From the NCBI GenBank assembly GCA_030619765.1, contig JAUXAU010000004.1:5717-69716 (forward strand): a DNA stretch of 64,000 bases, read 5' to 3'. Position 1 is the first letter of the stretch. The number at the start of each line of letters is the position of its first letter. Positions 9,820 through 20,041 of this stretch are shown piece after piece. The notes under the pieces were generated by a model. It was not told the DNA's origin. It worked only from the letters and a program-made list of their open reading frames with translations, and searched no databases. The translations under genes were made by a program, and so were the position numbers. The DNA comes from Thermoplasmatota archaeon. GTDB lineage: Archaea; Thermoplasmatota; E2; DHVEG-1.

Positions 9820-10418
9820 CTCTTTAGGAACTTTTCCGCTTTCTTTCTTGTAGCAGGTCTCGTATTCTTTAATTCGTTTCTGACAAAATGGATTATTTTT
9901 TTCTTGTCTTTGAACTCACCAATATATTCCTCAAAAGATAGTATCGCTTTACCCTTGATGATATTTTTACACTCAGAGCTATGATGGGTTTTGTCAATAT
10001 CTACCAATTTGTTAGTGATCTTACCTTGCAAGTGTGGTTTTGCTCTAGCAATTATTCCAGAACGTCCTGCAATATTAGCTGTGTTAATCATGCTCTCATC
10101 TTCAAGGAGACTGTAATACTTGTTGAATATTTTCTCGAACTTGTTTTTTGTGTCAACTCTTGTAAGGTTTGCAATTATCGTCGCGCCAATGACTCTTAAA
10201 AAAGTATTATCATCATCTAAAAGTTTCACAAAAAAATCCCACTCGGGATACAACATTTTGGGTTGTTGTTCACTTACTAACATTAGCACTTTCAAACTCT
10301 TGTATTTAATAACTGCTTTTTCAGAAGAAACGCCTTCTAGCAAATCATCAAGTAATCTCTCATCTTTAACAACTTTCTTAGCAATGCTCTCAGCATCAAC
10401 ATTCTTTTTTTCAATCAT
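9807..10418 (-). CDS. hypothetical helical (HEAT-like) protein
   Basis: ORF track; a degraded copy of its C-terminus (KAKEFLKKWGKYD) sits just upstream at about 10419..10512. Confidence 0.4.
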   Translation of the reverse strand: MIEKKNVDAESIAKKVVKDERLLDDLLEGVSSEKAVIKYKSLKVLMLVSEQQPKMLYPEWDFFVKLLDDDNTFLRVIGATIIANLTRVDTKNKFEKIFNKYYSLLEDESMINTANIAGRSGIIARAKPHLQGKITNKLVDIDKTHHSSECKNIIKGKAILSFEEYIGEFKDKKKIIHFVRNELKNTRPATRKKAEKFLKRWEK

Positions 10419-10551
10419 ATTTACCCCACTTCTTTAGGAACTCCTTTGCCTTCGTTTTTGTCTTCGGGCTCTTGCTCTCTAACTGTCCCTTAACAAATTC
10501 CATTATTTTTCCTTCTCCATTACAATTTCATTTCAACTATCATAAGATGAC

Positions 10552-11190
10552 TTAGACCGTTTTAATTTCTTTATTTCTTACATGAATTAACGTCTTATAA
10601 TATGCAATAAAAAGCAAAATATAAGGAATCAAATCTGATAAAATTGATAAAGTTCGTAGGGAAATATTCCAATAATGAAAACCAAGAACATGCTGCATAG
10701 TCATTGATATCCAATAAATAATCACAAATAAAGAAACACCAACAATAAGTATATTTTTTATCCAGGGAATTAACAGCTTTCTAAGTAGATACAAAGGAAC
10801 AGATAGTATCAACAAAGTCAACAGGACGAAAGGTATTACTGTTGTTATCATGTAGCCATATCCAAACATAGAAATAGGTCCGCTAATAAATGCGGATATC
10901 ACAAGAAACACGATGACAAGCCACAATGTTTTTTCAAGATTGGAGATATGTTCTTTTCCGAACTCATGTCTTCCTTTCCACATCTTGTAAAGTCCTACAA
11001 TAAATAAGACAACACCAACTAAATATAAGAATAAATAAAAACCTGCCAACCAAAATATCGTCTCAGTAAAAGAATCGTTTATATAATAATAAAGGAAAAT
11101 AATCAAAGACATAAAACCCCACCCAACCGCAATAATTGAGGCATAAGTCAAGTACTGTAACCCATTAACAGTTTGTGATTTACTCGCCAT
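10552..11190 (-). CDS. integral membrane protein
   Basis: Multiple hydrophobic segments; preceded by the conserved leader TTGTAGATTTGGAGGAGGAAAAATG. Confidence 0.5.
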   Translation of the reverse strand: MASKSQTVNGLQYLTYASIIAVGWGFMSLIIFLYYYINDSFTETIFWLAGFYLFLYLVGVVLFIVGLYKMWKGRHEFGKEHISNLEKTLWLVIVFLVISAFISGPISMFGYGYMITTVIPFVLLTLLILSVPLYLLRKLLIPWIKNILIVGVSLFVIIYWISMTMQHVLGFHYWNISLRTLSILSDLIPYILLFIAYYKTLIHVRNKEIKTV

Positions 11191-11206
11191 TTTTCCTCCT
11201 CCAAAT

Positions 11207-11602
11207 CTACAATTTCATTTCAACTTTCAATATCTTTTTCATCTGTTCATATTCTTCTTTAGTGATTTCACCTTTAGCGTATCGCTTATTTAAAATATCC
11301 ATGGCTTCATCTGATTTCTTATCGGATGAAATCTCTTCATGAATTTTTTCCTTTAGTTCACTATTTTTGTCCTCTGAAACCACACTTGGTGCAAAAATTC
11401 CAGCAATGCAAAGAATAAAACCTACAATTCCAAAAATATAGCCAAACATTACCATAGCATTTCCAGTTGAACTCATACTTTGATATGTATCAGGTGAAAT
11501 TATATACCATACACTCTGTTGAACCATATTGTTTCCAACAAAATAAAGAATAATTCCAATAATAACCAATAATATTCCTCCTCCCAATACACCGCTTCGC
11601 AT
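11207..11602 (-). CDS. membrane protein with a C-terminal SHOCT domain
   Basis: Two TM segments; C-terminal 'LNKRYAKGEITKEEYEQMKKIL' is SHOCT-like. Confidence 0.55.
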   Translation of the reverse strand: MRSGVLGGGILLVIIGIILYFVGNNMVQQSVWYIISPDTYQSMSSTGNAMVMFGYIFGIVGFILCIAGIFAPSVVSEDKNSELKEKIHEEISSDKKSDEAMDILNKRYAKGEITKEEYEQMKKILKVEMKL

Positions 11603-11647
11603 AATTTTCTTCCTCCAAACTACAATGTCATAACTATCAAGTGATGA

Positions 11648-11770
11648 TTATTCACCTTTCTTTATCTTTTTTCTCTTTTGATAACAAGTAGTACACATTC
11701 CTTTCACTCTGGCTAAATTGTTACACCCAGATACGCTACAGATTTTCCCTCTGTTATCTTGGTATTTCAT
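11648..11770 (-). CDS. 40-aa zinc-ribbon mini-protein (MKYQDNRGKICSVSGCNNLARVKGMCTTCYQKRKKIKKGE)
   Basis: Not in the ORF track (under 60 aa). ATG/stop found by hand; CxxxxC...CxxC; preceded by the ATGAATAACCATC box. Confidence 0.3.
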   Translation of the reverse strand: MKYQDNRGKICSVSGCNNLARVKGMCTTCYQKRKKIKKGE

Positions 11771-11817
11771 TCTTTCTTCAACCCATTAAGAGATGGTTAT
11801 TCATCAATATCGTCATT

Positions 11818-12009
11818 TTATTTTTTACCAAATCCTGATAAATTATTATAAAGTGCTAACACTATACTTGTAACAGCGAAACCATGTCCAGGGAGAGATA
11901 ATGGAGGAATTACTGAAGTACTGCCCACAAAAAATTCAAATCCGTAACAAGCCCAAGCCATGATAAGGCAAAAAACAACACCGACAATTAATTTACCCAT
12001 TTTTTTCAA
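11818..12009 (-). CDS. small membrane protein
   Basis: ORF track; hydrophobic. Confidence 0.35.
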   Translation of the reverse strand: MKKMGKLIVGVVFCLIMAWACYGFEFFVGSTSVIPPLSLPGHGFAVTSIVLALYNNLSGFGKK

Positions 12010-12018
12010 ACTCCTCCC

Positions 12019-12351
12019 TCAAAATGCAATCTCATTTATTATTTTCTTAATTTCTTCTTCATCAATTTCAACATCTATTTGATTAATCTTTAATTTTACA
12101 GCCCTATTCTTCAAGTTATCATACAACCACGTTGCAAAAATAGATGTATTTGTTGCGATATTTCCTTCAACATCCAATGTGAAAATGACCGTGTCTGGCT
12201 CTTCAATTGAAAATTTTTTAAGAGTCAGCTGATAAACCATTGTAGTGTTCCTATAAATATCCCTTTTATCTCCTGAACTTATAGATTTTTTACCTAAAAT
12301 ATCAGTAGTCAACCGCTTATCATATGTATCTACTTCTATATTGATTTTCAT
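12019..12351 (-). CDS. hypothetical protein
   Basis: ORF track. Confidence 0.4.
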   Translation of the reverse strand: MKINIEVDTYDKRLTTDILGKKSISSGDKRDIYRNTTMVYQLTLKKFSIEEPDTVIFTLDVEGNIATNTSIFATWLYDNLKNRAVKLKINQIDVEIDEEEIKKIINEIAF

Positions 12352-12397
12352 CTATATTCCTATCGCAGTTTTTTAAACACCTATTTCTTTATAAACC

Positions 12398-12604
12398 CTA
12401 TTTTCTCTTGATTGCCATCCATATCATACTTGCCGACTCCCTATACGACCTTCTATTATTCACCTCAATATCATAAATGCGTTTCCATGTCCATCCGTTC
12501 CTTTCATACTCATTCTTAATTCCAGGATAGACGTAGAAATACCAGATGAGTGATAGCACAATCACGCCTATTCCTGCAAGGATCTCAATGTAGAGTTCTG
12601 GCAT
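12398..12604 (-). CDS. small membrane protein
   Basis: ORF track; one TM; upstream ATGAATAACCATC box plus an 'ATGGAATTGTAG' mini-ORF. Confidence 0.4.
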   Translation of the reverse strand: MPELYIEILAGIGVIVLSLIWYFYVYPGIKNEYERNGWTWKRIYDIEVNNRRSYRESASMIWMAIKRK

Positions 12605-12673
12605 TTTATCTCCCTGAAACTACAATTCCATAACAACTTCCTGGTAAAAGTCTGTCTTTCAGAGCAGAGATGG

Positions 12674-12868
12674 TTATTCATTTTTTTCCTTCTTTTTCCT
12701 TTTATCTTTATATCTCCAACCATAACCTGGGTATCTCATTGCTTTAAAACCTTTTAAAAATTCGTCAAACTCTTGTGGATTATGGAAACGGATTAATCTT
12801 ACTACTTCCCCTGTTTTTTCATCAAATAACTCAATTACTTCTTTATATTTCGTTCTAACCCAACGCAT
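12674..12868 (-). CDS. hypothetical small basic protein
   Basis: ORF track; upstream conserved box plus an 'ATGAAGTTGTAG' mini-ORF. Confidence 0.4.
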   Translation of the reverse strand: MRWVRTKYKEVIELFDEKTGEVVRLIRFHNPQEFDEFLKGFKAMRYPGYGWRYKDKRKKKEKNE

Positions 12869-12926
12869 TTTCCCTCCGCACCTATCTACAACTTCATAAC
12901 CGCCTTCACCATCAAGAGATGTTTAT

Positions 12927-13230
12927 TCATTTTTTATCTTTTTTCGGCTTTATCTCATTGATATTTTTCCACGCCTTTTCGACACGTTGTCCAAAAGTTG
13001 TCATTCCTTCATCCCTCACTTACAGTTCCATAAACATCAATCGCTTTAAAAAACCAATCCTTGTGTTTTGTGGGAGGATAAAAAGGGATTGAAAATGATT
13101 TATTTTTCCTCAGATTTTTCTTCTTTTTTCGGCTTTATCTCATTGATATTTTTCCACGCCTTTTTGACACGTTGTCCAAAAGTTGTCATTCCATCACCCC
13201 TAACTCACAGTTCCATAAACATCAATCCCT
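12927..13230 (-). repeat. tandem duplication (~110 bp, two copies) encoding 25- and 29-aa peptides MTTFGQRV(E/K)KAWKNINEIKPKK...
   Basis: 12928-13040 and 13098-13230 are near-identical; mini-ORFs 12927..13004 and 13100..13189 with SD-like leaders. Confidence 0.55.
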
Positions 13231-13340
13231 TAATAAAACCAGTGCTTAGTGGAATGATTTCATTTACTCTGTTCAAAGTTTATTGTGAGTTAAACCTCCA
13301 ATTCATATCACGTCCCTTGCACTTTTTATATTTGTGTCTT

Positions 13341-14642
13341 TTAAGGTGTGAGACGTGTTCTATCACGTGGAAACAAAATACATTCTCTGATATTTTTAAT
13401 ATCTAATAGCTCCATCAAAAACCGTTCAATACCAAACCCAAAGCCACCATGTGGAGGCATACCATATTTAAATGCCTTAAGATAAGATTCAAAATCTTCG
13501 GGATTTAAATCACATGCTTTCATTCGCTCTTCCAACAATTTCACATCATGTATGCGCTGACTGCCAGAAGCAATTTCAATACCTTTGCATGCTAAATCAA
13601 AACCACGTGAATATTTATCTCCTTTAGGCATAGTATAAAATGGCTTTGATTCAAGAGGATATTTTGTAATAAAATAAAGCTCTGCACCCTCCTCTTTCAT
13701 AATATCTCCAAGTAAGCGCTCATCATCAGTACCTAAATCCTGACCCCATTCTATACTGGAGTTTCTATCTTGTAATTTGTCTACTACTTTATCATAAACA
13801 ATCCTTGCAAATGGCAACTCTGGAACAGAAATTTTCTTAACCAGAATCTTAAGTTCATTTTTGCAATCGCTTGCTTTTTTCCACATATTGTAGACAAGAT
13901 TTTCTAAAACGTTCATTACTTCCTCTTCATCGTTGATAAATGCCATTTCCAAATCAACAGCAGTTGACTCGTTCAGATGTCTTCGTGTATTGTGTTCTTC
14001 AGCTCTAAAATACCATGCAATTTCATATACTCTATCAAGGCCTGTTGCCATCAAACTTTGTTTATATAACTGAGGAGATTGGGCAAGAAATGCCTCTTTT
14101 TCAAAATATTTTAACTTAAAAACATCTGTTCCACCTTCAGAAGAACTAGCGGTAATCTTTGGAGTATGCACCTCCACAAAATCCTGCGATTGTAGATATT
14201 TATGAACAGCCGCAATTACAGCATTTCTTATGGTAAAGATTGCCTGATTCTTTTGCTTTCTGAGATCAATAAATCTGTTATCTAACCTGGTATCAAAATC
14301 TGCTTCAACCTTGTCAACAACACCTAAAGGCAAGGGGGCTTTAGCAACAGATAAAATTTCTAATCTTTCAGGCAAAATTTCATAGTCGTTTCTTACTTTT
14401 TCATTCTCTTTGCAGATGCCTTTTACAGATATAACCGACTCTCGTGATAAAGATGTTAATTTTTCAAATAATTCAGGATTTTTCTTTTTTAAAACAGTTA
14501 ATTGAAGAGTACCTCTCTTATCACGCAGGATGATAAATGCAATGGATCCAATATTTCGGATATCCTCGATCCAACCCGCTACTGTTATTGATTTGTTGTA
14601 GTCTTTTTTTGTTACATCCTTTGAATAATGACTTCTATACAT
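13341..14642 (-). CDS. aspS: aspartate--tRNA ligase, archaeal type
   Basis: Class II motifs '[14 protein letters not shown]' and '[10 protein letters not shown]', 'QSPQLYKQ', N-terminal OB fold; collinear with archaeal AspRS. Confidence 0.88.
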   Translation of the reverse strand: MYRSHYSKDVTKKDYNKSITVAGWIEDIRNIGSIAFIILRDKRGTLQLTVLKKKNPELFEKLTSLSRESVISVKGICKENEKVRNDYEILPERLEILSVAKAPLPLGVVDKVEADFDTRLDNRFIDLRKQKNQAIFTIRNAVIAAVHKYLQSQDFVEVHTPKITASSSEGGTDVFKLKYFEKEAFLAQSPQLYKQSLMATGLDRVYEIAWYFRAEEHNTRRHLNESTAVDLEMAFINDEEEVMNVLENLVYNMWKKASDCKNELKILVKKISVPELPFARIVYDKVVDKLQDRNSSIEWGQDLGTDDERLLGDIMKEEGAELYFITKYPLESKPFYTMPKGDKYSRGFDLACKGIEIASGSQRIHDVKLLEERMKACDLNPEDFESYLKAFKYGMPPHGGFGFGIERFLMELLDIKNIRECILFPRDRTRLTP

Positions 14643-14652
14643 AATAAAAACC

Positions 14653-15405
14653 CTATCGAAACAATGAATTTAGTCTTTTTGAAATAAAAGATATCATTTC
14701 ACTTAGATTTCTTTCATTATCCCACTTTTCAACTAGATTTTTAAGCTCGTTTTTATCGGTATTTTTAAGTTCATTCACCCATCTTTCAATATTTGAAATT
14801 GCACGAGTTACATTATCAACAATTGTAATACTAGCTGTTCTTGCAGTCCTAGAAAGAGGATTCAAATCAATAGCAACAACTGTTTTTCCCATGTTTCTAA
14901 GAGCCTGACATCTATCGCCGTCTTCAAGTGGAACAAGAACAACATCAGCCGAAAAGATTCCCTCCATATCGCACAAAGCACGATCATGCTCTAAACCAGG
15001 AATCTTTGCATCTGCCTTTTGACCATATACATTTTTTGCCCCGTAATTTGACAGTTCTTTTAAAATTTTTTCTATTCGCTTCTTTGTTCTATGGAAAAGA
15101 TTAACTTCAAGTTTCGCTGAAATGGATTCGGTCAAGCTGATGCAATCTTCTGCAACTAAGGAAACGACATTGCCGTTAACCGATATAACAGGGTTCTTTG
15201 CGCATAGCAGTGCTGCTGCTGCAACCTCTTCAGCCATATCTGCTTGTGGTATAGTTTTCTCACCAAGCAAATAATCAAAGGCCTCACCCCTACCATGAGC
15301 TATCAAACCAGTTTCATGAACTATGCCATTTTTCATCGCCTGTGAAATTTTTTCCCGTGTCATTAACGAAGTATAACGCGGATGGTTTTTTGGTATCTTT
15401 TCCAT
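14653..15405 (-). CDS. 4-phosphopantoate--beta-alanine ligase (archaeal phosphopantothenate synthetase, DUF137)
   Basis: 'GLIAHGRGEAFDYLLGE', 'VPLEDGDR', 'DLNPLSRTA' blocks. Confidence 0.55.
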   Translation of the reverse strand: MEKIPKNHPRYTSLMTREKISQAMKNGIVHETGLIAHGRGEAFDYLLGEKTIPQADMAEEVAAAALLCAKNPVISVNGNVVSLVAEDCISLTESISAKLEVNLFHRTKKRIEKILKELSNYGAKNVYGQKADAKIPGLEHDRALCDMEGIFSADVVLVPLEDGDRCQALRNMGKTVVAIDLNPLSRTARTASITIVDNVTRAISNIERWVNELKNTDKNELKNLVEKWDNERNLSEMISFISKRLNSLFR

Positions 15406-15496
15406 AATTTAATAAAAACAATAAAGTGGCATTTTTAAAAGTTATTTGTTGAATCATTGGATAAAAAAAATAAAAAGTATAGTTTGAAACTATACT

Positions 15497-16270
15497 CTAT
15501 CCATACATACTTGGTTGAGGGATCTGACCTGCACCAGATACTATTGGTTTTGCTTGTTTGTGGAATTTCTGTAGTTGTTTTTCGATGCGTTCTGCTTCAT
15601 CATAAAGCGGTGCAACATTTATTTTCACACCAATAAGCGTACCGATAACAGTTATAGCAGATGCAGCAGCTCGAGCATCAGGAAAATTAGGATGTGCCTC
15701 CGCTAGTATTGATATTACATCAACGTTCTCATGTTTTCCTTTATTGAGCAAAACTCCGGAAACACCAGCGATTATGCCATTTTTAAACTGAGGAATATTC
15801 ATCGATTGAAGTAACTGCCGAGCGTTTTCTGTCGATCCAATTGCATACGCATCAACAATATCGTCTTCTTCCTTAGAGGGTTTACCTTCAACAACCATGC
15901 CTTCCGGCGATATCAAAAGCTTACATCCCTTTTTTTTCACCCAATCCATAATTGCATTAGATAAAGAAGTTATCAAGTTAGGTTTTGGTTTGAACTCCGA
16001 GACAAAAACTACAATCTTTTCTCCAGTTTCTAATTTCCCTGCATATATACGAACAGGAGACAAAGGCTCTCCAGTATGAACAACTGAGAGCGTAGGAAAA
16101 TATGGTGAATTTAACGCTCCGACCTGTTTTAAACCTAAAGCATCTATTGAATAATTAGCAACAATAGTGCTGACTAATCCTATAGAAGGGAAACCAGCAA
16201 TTACAATTGCATCACTAAGATCTGTGTCTTCAAAATCAACAATTTCAACATCTTCCAAATGCATCACCAT
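15497..16270 (-). CDS. PAC2-family (proteasome assembly chaperone-like) protein
   Basis: N-terminal 'AIVIAGFPSIGLVSTIVANYSID' glycine-rich loop typical of the PAC2 family. Confidence 0.4.
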   Translation of the reverse strand: MVMHLEDVEIVDFEDTDLSDAIVIAGFPSIGLVSTIVANYSIDALGLKQVGALNSPYFPTLSVVHTGEPLSPVRIYAGKLETGEKIVVFVSEFKPKPNLITSLSNAIMDWVKKKGCKLLISPEGMVVEGKPSKEEDDIVDAYAIGSTENARQLLQSMNIPQFKNGIIAGVSGVLLNKGKHENVDVISILAEAHPNFPDARAAASAITVIGTLIGVKINVAPLYDEAERIEKQLQKFHKQAKPIVSGAGQIPQPSMYG

Positions 16271-16333
16271 CCAATATACCTTAATATGCTTACTAGCATT
16301 TAAAATTAATTGGTGAGAAATGAATTTATCTTT

Positions 16334-17803
16334 CTATCCTTTAACCACCCCCAGAGGCAAAAGTTTTGCTACCTTAATAGAAATCCCAGCGCCATGTGTC
16401 ACATCTACAACTTCGCTGACATCTTTGTAAGCATCTGGTGCTTCTTCAGCCATAACCTTCCAGCTAGCTGGATGCACGTATATGCCTTTTCTTTTTAAAT
16501 TATTCTGTATGGCCTCTCCACGCCATCTTTTAACAGCTTGGTGTCTAGACATAACTCTACCAGCACCATGGCATGTAGAGCCAAATGTCTCCTCAGCTTT
16601 TTCTGTTCCTCGAAGAAGGTAACTCTCAGTCCCCATATCTCCAGGAATTAAAACAGGTTGACCAACATCTCTATATTTCAATGGAATTTCGCTTTTTCCT
16701 GGTCCGAATGAGCGGGTTGCACCTTTTCTATGAACATATACCTTTCTTTTTTTACCGTCCACTTCATGCTCTTCAAGTTTAGCGATATTATGACAAATAT
16801 CATAAATAATATGCATATCCAAACTCTCAGCACTTTCGTTAAGTATTTTTTCAAAAGATTCTCTTATCCAGTGGACTATCATTTGTCTATTGCACCAGGC
16901 AAAGTTTGCAGCACAAGCCATACCTTTAAGATAATCCTGTCCCTCCTTTGAATTTACAGGAGCACAAGCAAGTTGCCTATCTGGAAGCCAGATGTTATAT
17001 CTCCTAACGACCTGTTCTAAAACCCTTAAATGATCGGTACAAACCTGATGGCCAAATCCACGAGAACCTGTATGTATCATAACCATTATCTGCCCTTCTT
17101 CGTTTACTCCAAACGTTTTTGCAGCGTCTGAATCATAAATCTTTGCCACTTTTTGTATCTCAAGAAAGTGATTTCCAGCCCCTAAAGAACCCAATTGAGG
17201 AGCACCTCTCTGCTTTGCCTTCTCAGAAACTTTGGAAATGTCAGCATCTTTTAGACATCCGTTTTCCTCTAAAAACTCGACGTCTTCTTCCCATCCATAT
17301 CCATTTTCTACAGCCCATCGAGCTCCTATACATAAAACATCATTCAGTTCCTTTCTGCTAAGTCGAACCTTTGCCTTTGAACCAAGACCAGAGGGGACGT
17401 TTTTAAACATCTCGTCGACAAGAGGTGGTATCTTATTTGCATCTAAATTGCTAACGTGTAAATTTGTTCTAACAAGCCTCACTCCACAGTTGATATCAAA
17501 CCCGACTCCACCTGGAGAAAGAACACCTTCTTCAGCATCAGTAGCAGCAACACCACCGATGGGAAATCCATATCCCCAATGTATATCAGGCATCGCAAGA
17601 GATTTACCAACAATGCCAGGAAGCATTGTTACATTTGCAGCTTGTTCAAGGGCATTATCTTTCCGGATGGAATCAATCATATGGGCACTAGCATAAATAA
17701 CAGCCGAGGTTTTCATTTTTAGATTATTTTTTACCCCTTTATAATTCGAGGGAATCTCGTATCGAAAATCGTCAATTTTATTTAATGGGCCGTTCCAAAA
17801 CAT
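16334..17803 (-). CDS. rtcB: RNA-splicing ligase RtcB
   Basis: 'GAGNHFLEIQ', 'HTGSRGFGHQ', 'CHGAGR' motifs. Confidence 0.9.
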   Translation of the reverse strand: MFWNGPLNKIDDFRYEIPSNYKGVKNNLKMKTSAVIYASAHMIDSIRKDNALEQAANVTMLPGIVGKSLAMPDIHWGYGFPIGGVAATDAEEGVLSPGGVGFDINCGVRLVRTNLHVSNLDANKIPPLVDEMFKNVPSGLGSKAKVRLSRKELNDVLCIGARWAVENGYGWEEDVEFLEENGCLKDADISKVSEKAKQRGAPQLGSLGAGNHFLEIQKVAKIYDSDAAKTFGVNEEGQIMVMIHTGSRGFGHQVCTDHLRVLEQVVRRYNIWLPDRQLACAPVNSKEGQDYLKGMACAANFAWCNRQMIVHWIRESFEKILNESAESLDMHIIYDICHNIAKLEEHEVDGKKRKVYVHRKGATRSFGPGKSEIPLKYRDVGQPVLIPGDMGTESYLLRGTEKAEETFGSTCHGAGRVMSRHQAVKRWRGEAIQNNLKRKGIYVHPASWKVMAEEAPDAYKDVSEVVDVTHGAGISIKVAKLLPLGVVKG

Positions 17804-17854
17804 TATCTATCAAAATGTTAATACAAAAAAGGATTTATAGAGATTATGGAAAAG

Positions 17855-19768
17855 CTATTTTTTCTTCCTCAGGTAAGGAAGCTTAGTTTTTTTATTAATC
17901 ATAACCTTATAACCTTCTGGCAATGGAATTGCCTCGCCTAGGTCAGGCTTTTTTTTACTAAAAAAATGAATGGTTCTTTTTTTCCCAGTAGGTGTTTTTA
18001 TTTCTTTCATATAAAGTGTGTAATCTCCATGCTTATAAAATTCAGCGGTACTGTCAATATCAGGTATTTCTTCTTCTGCATCATAAGATGCCCACTCAGT
18101 AAGTTCCTCAACTTCAGATATTGACTTTGATGGGGAAACCACTTTTTCCTTTGCTCTTTGCTCTTTCTTCCGTTTCTTTAGTTCCGATAACCTTTCTTTC
18201 TCGGCAATTCTAGATTCTTTTTCTTTTTCTCTTGCCTCAATCAATGCCTTTTTTTCTTCTATTATTTTCAATCGTTGTTTTTCTTTTTGTTTCTCTCTGA
18301 GTTTTCTCTCCTTTTCTTTCTTAGCTTTTTCGGCTTCTTTCTCCTTCTTCCTTGCCTCAATCAATGCTCTTTTTGCTTCAATCTTTTTCAATCTCTGTTC
18401 TTCTCTCTCCTGTCTCTTTAGTTCCGCTAATCTTTCTTTCTCGGCAATTCTAGATTCTTTTTCTTTTTCCTTGGATATTTTTTCTATACCTTCTTCAGGA
18501 GGTTTTTCTTCTTTGGATTCTTCAGGCAACTCAACTATTTCTTCTTTGACACGTTCCTCACTCACGGGCTCCCAAGTAGGAATTTCTTCCTCAGTTTCAC
18601 CACTGGGAGGCTGAGGTTCAGCTTCCTCATCAATTTTTTCAAACTCTGAAATTTTTCCTTCTTTTTTCTCCACTGTTTCTTCAGGTTTTGTTTCCTCTTC
18701 TGATTCCCATTCAATTGCTTCTTTTTCTACATCGCCTGTGATTTCTTTGACTTCCCTCCATTCTGCCTTTGCTTCTAATTTTTTTAAAATATTCTCTTCG
18801 CTTTCCTTATCACCGATGACTATCTCGCCACTAATCTTCTTTGATCCTTTTTTTCCTAATTCTTCTGACTTCTGTTCTTCTCTTTCTTTCTTTTTTCGTT
18901 TGCGTTCTTTTAGAAATGACAAAATTCGGACTTTTTGTTGCTCCCTTTCTCTTCTGGCAATTCTAGATTCTTTTTCTTTTTCCTTGGATATTTTTTCTAT
19001 ACCTTCTTCAGAAGGTTTTTCTTCTTTAGATTCTTCAGGCAACTCAACTATTTCTTCTTTGACACGTTCCTCACTCACGGGCTCCCAAGTAGGAATTTCT
19101 TCCTCAGTTTCACCACTGGGAGGCTGAGGTTCAGCTTCCTCATCAATTTTTTCAAACTCTGGAAACTCTTCTGAAATTTTTCCTTCTTTTTTCTCCACTG
19201 CTTCTTCAGGTTTTGTTTCCTCTACCGATTCCCATTCAGGTAGCTCTTCATCGGCAACTTTCATATCTTTGGTTTTTTCTTTTTCGACAGGTTCTGGGAC
19301 AGGCAAGAATACTTCAGCTTCTTCGGAAACTTCCTCTTGTTTTTTTGTTGTTTCTTTAGGTCTAACTTCCAAAAATTCAGGTTCAGAAATATCAACCTTC
19401 TCGATTTCATAAAGATCTACGTCATCAAAAAGATCTTCTTCATGAAATTCGTCTTTAACCTCTTCGGCTCGTTCACCAGGCTCTAGCTTCTTAATTTCTG
19501 GTGGAGTGATCTTCTCTTCTTTTTGATAAATAGTAACTCTTGGTTCCAAACTATCATATTTCTTAGGTAAAAAATCTGATGATATATATTTCCTATCAGT
19601 TTTTAATGATTCTCCAGATAATCTTTTGCGTATTGAATCTAGATTTTTATTTTCTTCAAAAGTGGATGCTTTAAATTTAGGATCATGAGGATTATCTAAA
19701 ATCTGATGTAAGATTTCTATGATGTCTTTTTTAGATTTTTTATCCTTTGGCATTATATCATATACCAA
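17855..19768 (-). CDS. highly acidic E/K-rich repetitive protein with a conserved basic C-terminal domain
   Basis: About 240-nt near-identical internal direct repeats (e.g. 18433-18650 vs 18955-19170); low-complexity EEK tracts. Confidence 0.5.
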   Translation of the reverse strand: MVYDIMPKDKKSKKDIIEILHQILDNPHDPKFKASTFEENKNLDSIRKRLSGESLKTDRKYISSDFLPKKYDSLEPRVTIYQKEEKITPPEIKKLEPGERAEEVKDEFHEEDLFDDVDLYEIEKVDISEPEFLEVRPKETTKKQEEVSEEAEVFLPVPEPVEKEKTKDMKVADEELPEWESVEETKPEEAVEKKEGKISEEFPEFEKIDEEAEPQPPSGETEEEIPTWEPVSEERVKEEIVELPEESKEEKPSEEGIEKISKEKEKESRIARREREQQKVRILSFLKERKRKKKEREEQKSEELGKKGSKKISGEIVIGDKESEENILKKLEAKAEWREVKEITGDVEKEAIEWESEEETKPEETVEKKEGKISEFEKIDEEAEPQPPSGETEEEIPTWEPVSEERVKEEIVELPEESKEEKPPEEGIEKISKEKEKESRIAEKERLAELKRQEREEQRLKKIEAKRALIEARKKEKEAEKAKKEKERKLREKQKEKQRLKIIEEKKALIEAREKEKESRIAEKERLSELKKRKKEQRAKEKVVSPSKSISEVEELTEWASYDAEEEIPDIDSTAEFYKHGDYTLYMKEIKTPTGKKRTIHFFSKKKPDLGEAIPLPEGYKVMINKKTKLPYLRKKK

Positions 19769-20041
19769 CTACGGTATAAGATTACTCACATATTAATAAA
19801 TTTTCCTTTTTTATCTTTATTCGTCACCCTAGCATAAACTAAAAGTAGCCTCTAACTGAGTTTTTATTTTGTGATTCTGTTTGTATAGCCTCCAGGTGTT
19901 TCCGAATTGATTCACTGTCATTAATAAAATATCTAACTATTATCGGGAAATTGGCAGAAGGTAACGAAGGTACTCAGAACAAGTAATATTAGCCGATATG
20001 AGTCACCACATCAAAGGATAAAAAGGCTCGAAGGCATGTCT

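Noticed and set aside
10419-10520. Apparent shared 'GTTCCTAAAGA(A/G)GTGGG' leader upstream of 9807..10418 and 9403..9819
   Set aside because: On translation it is a duplicated C-terminal coding fragment (…KEFLKKWGK / …EKFLKRWEK), meaning a paralogue remnant, not a regulatory leader.
13068-13406. 112-aa plus-strand ORF
   Set aside because: It spans the tandem ~110-bp duplication and the aspS C-terminus in antisense; the minus-strand micro-ORFs and repeat explain the sequence.
18738-19174. Plus-strand ORFs inside the acidic repeat protein gene
   Set aside because: They are antisense artefacts of the EEK-rich repeats (poly-F/S translations).
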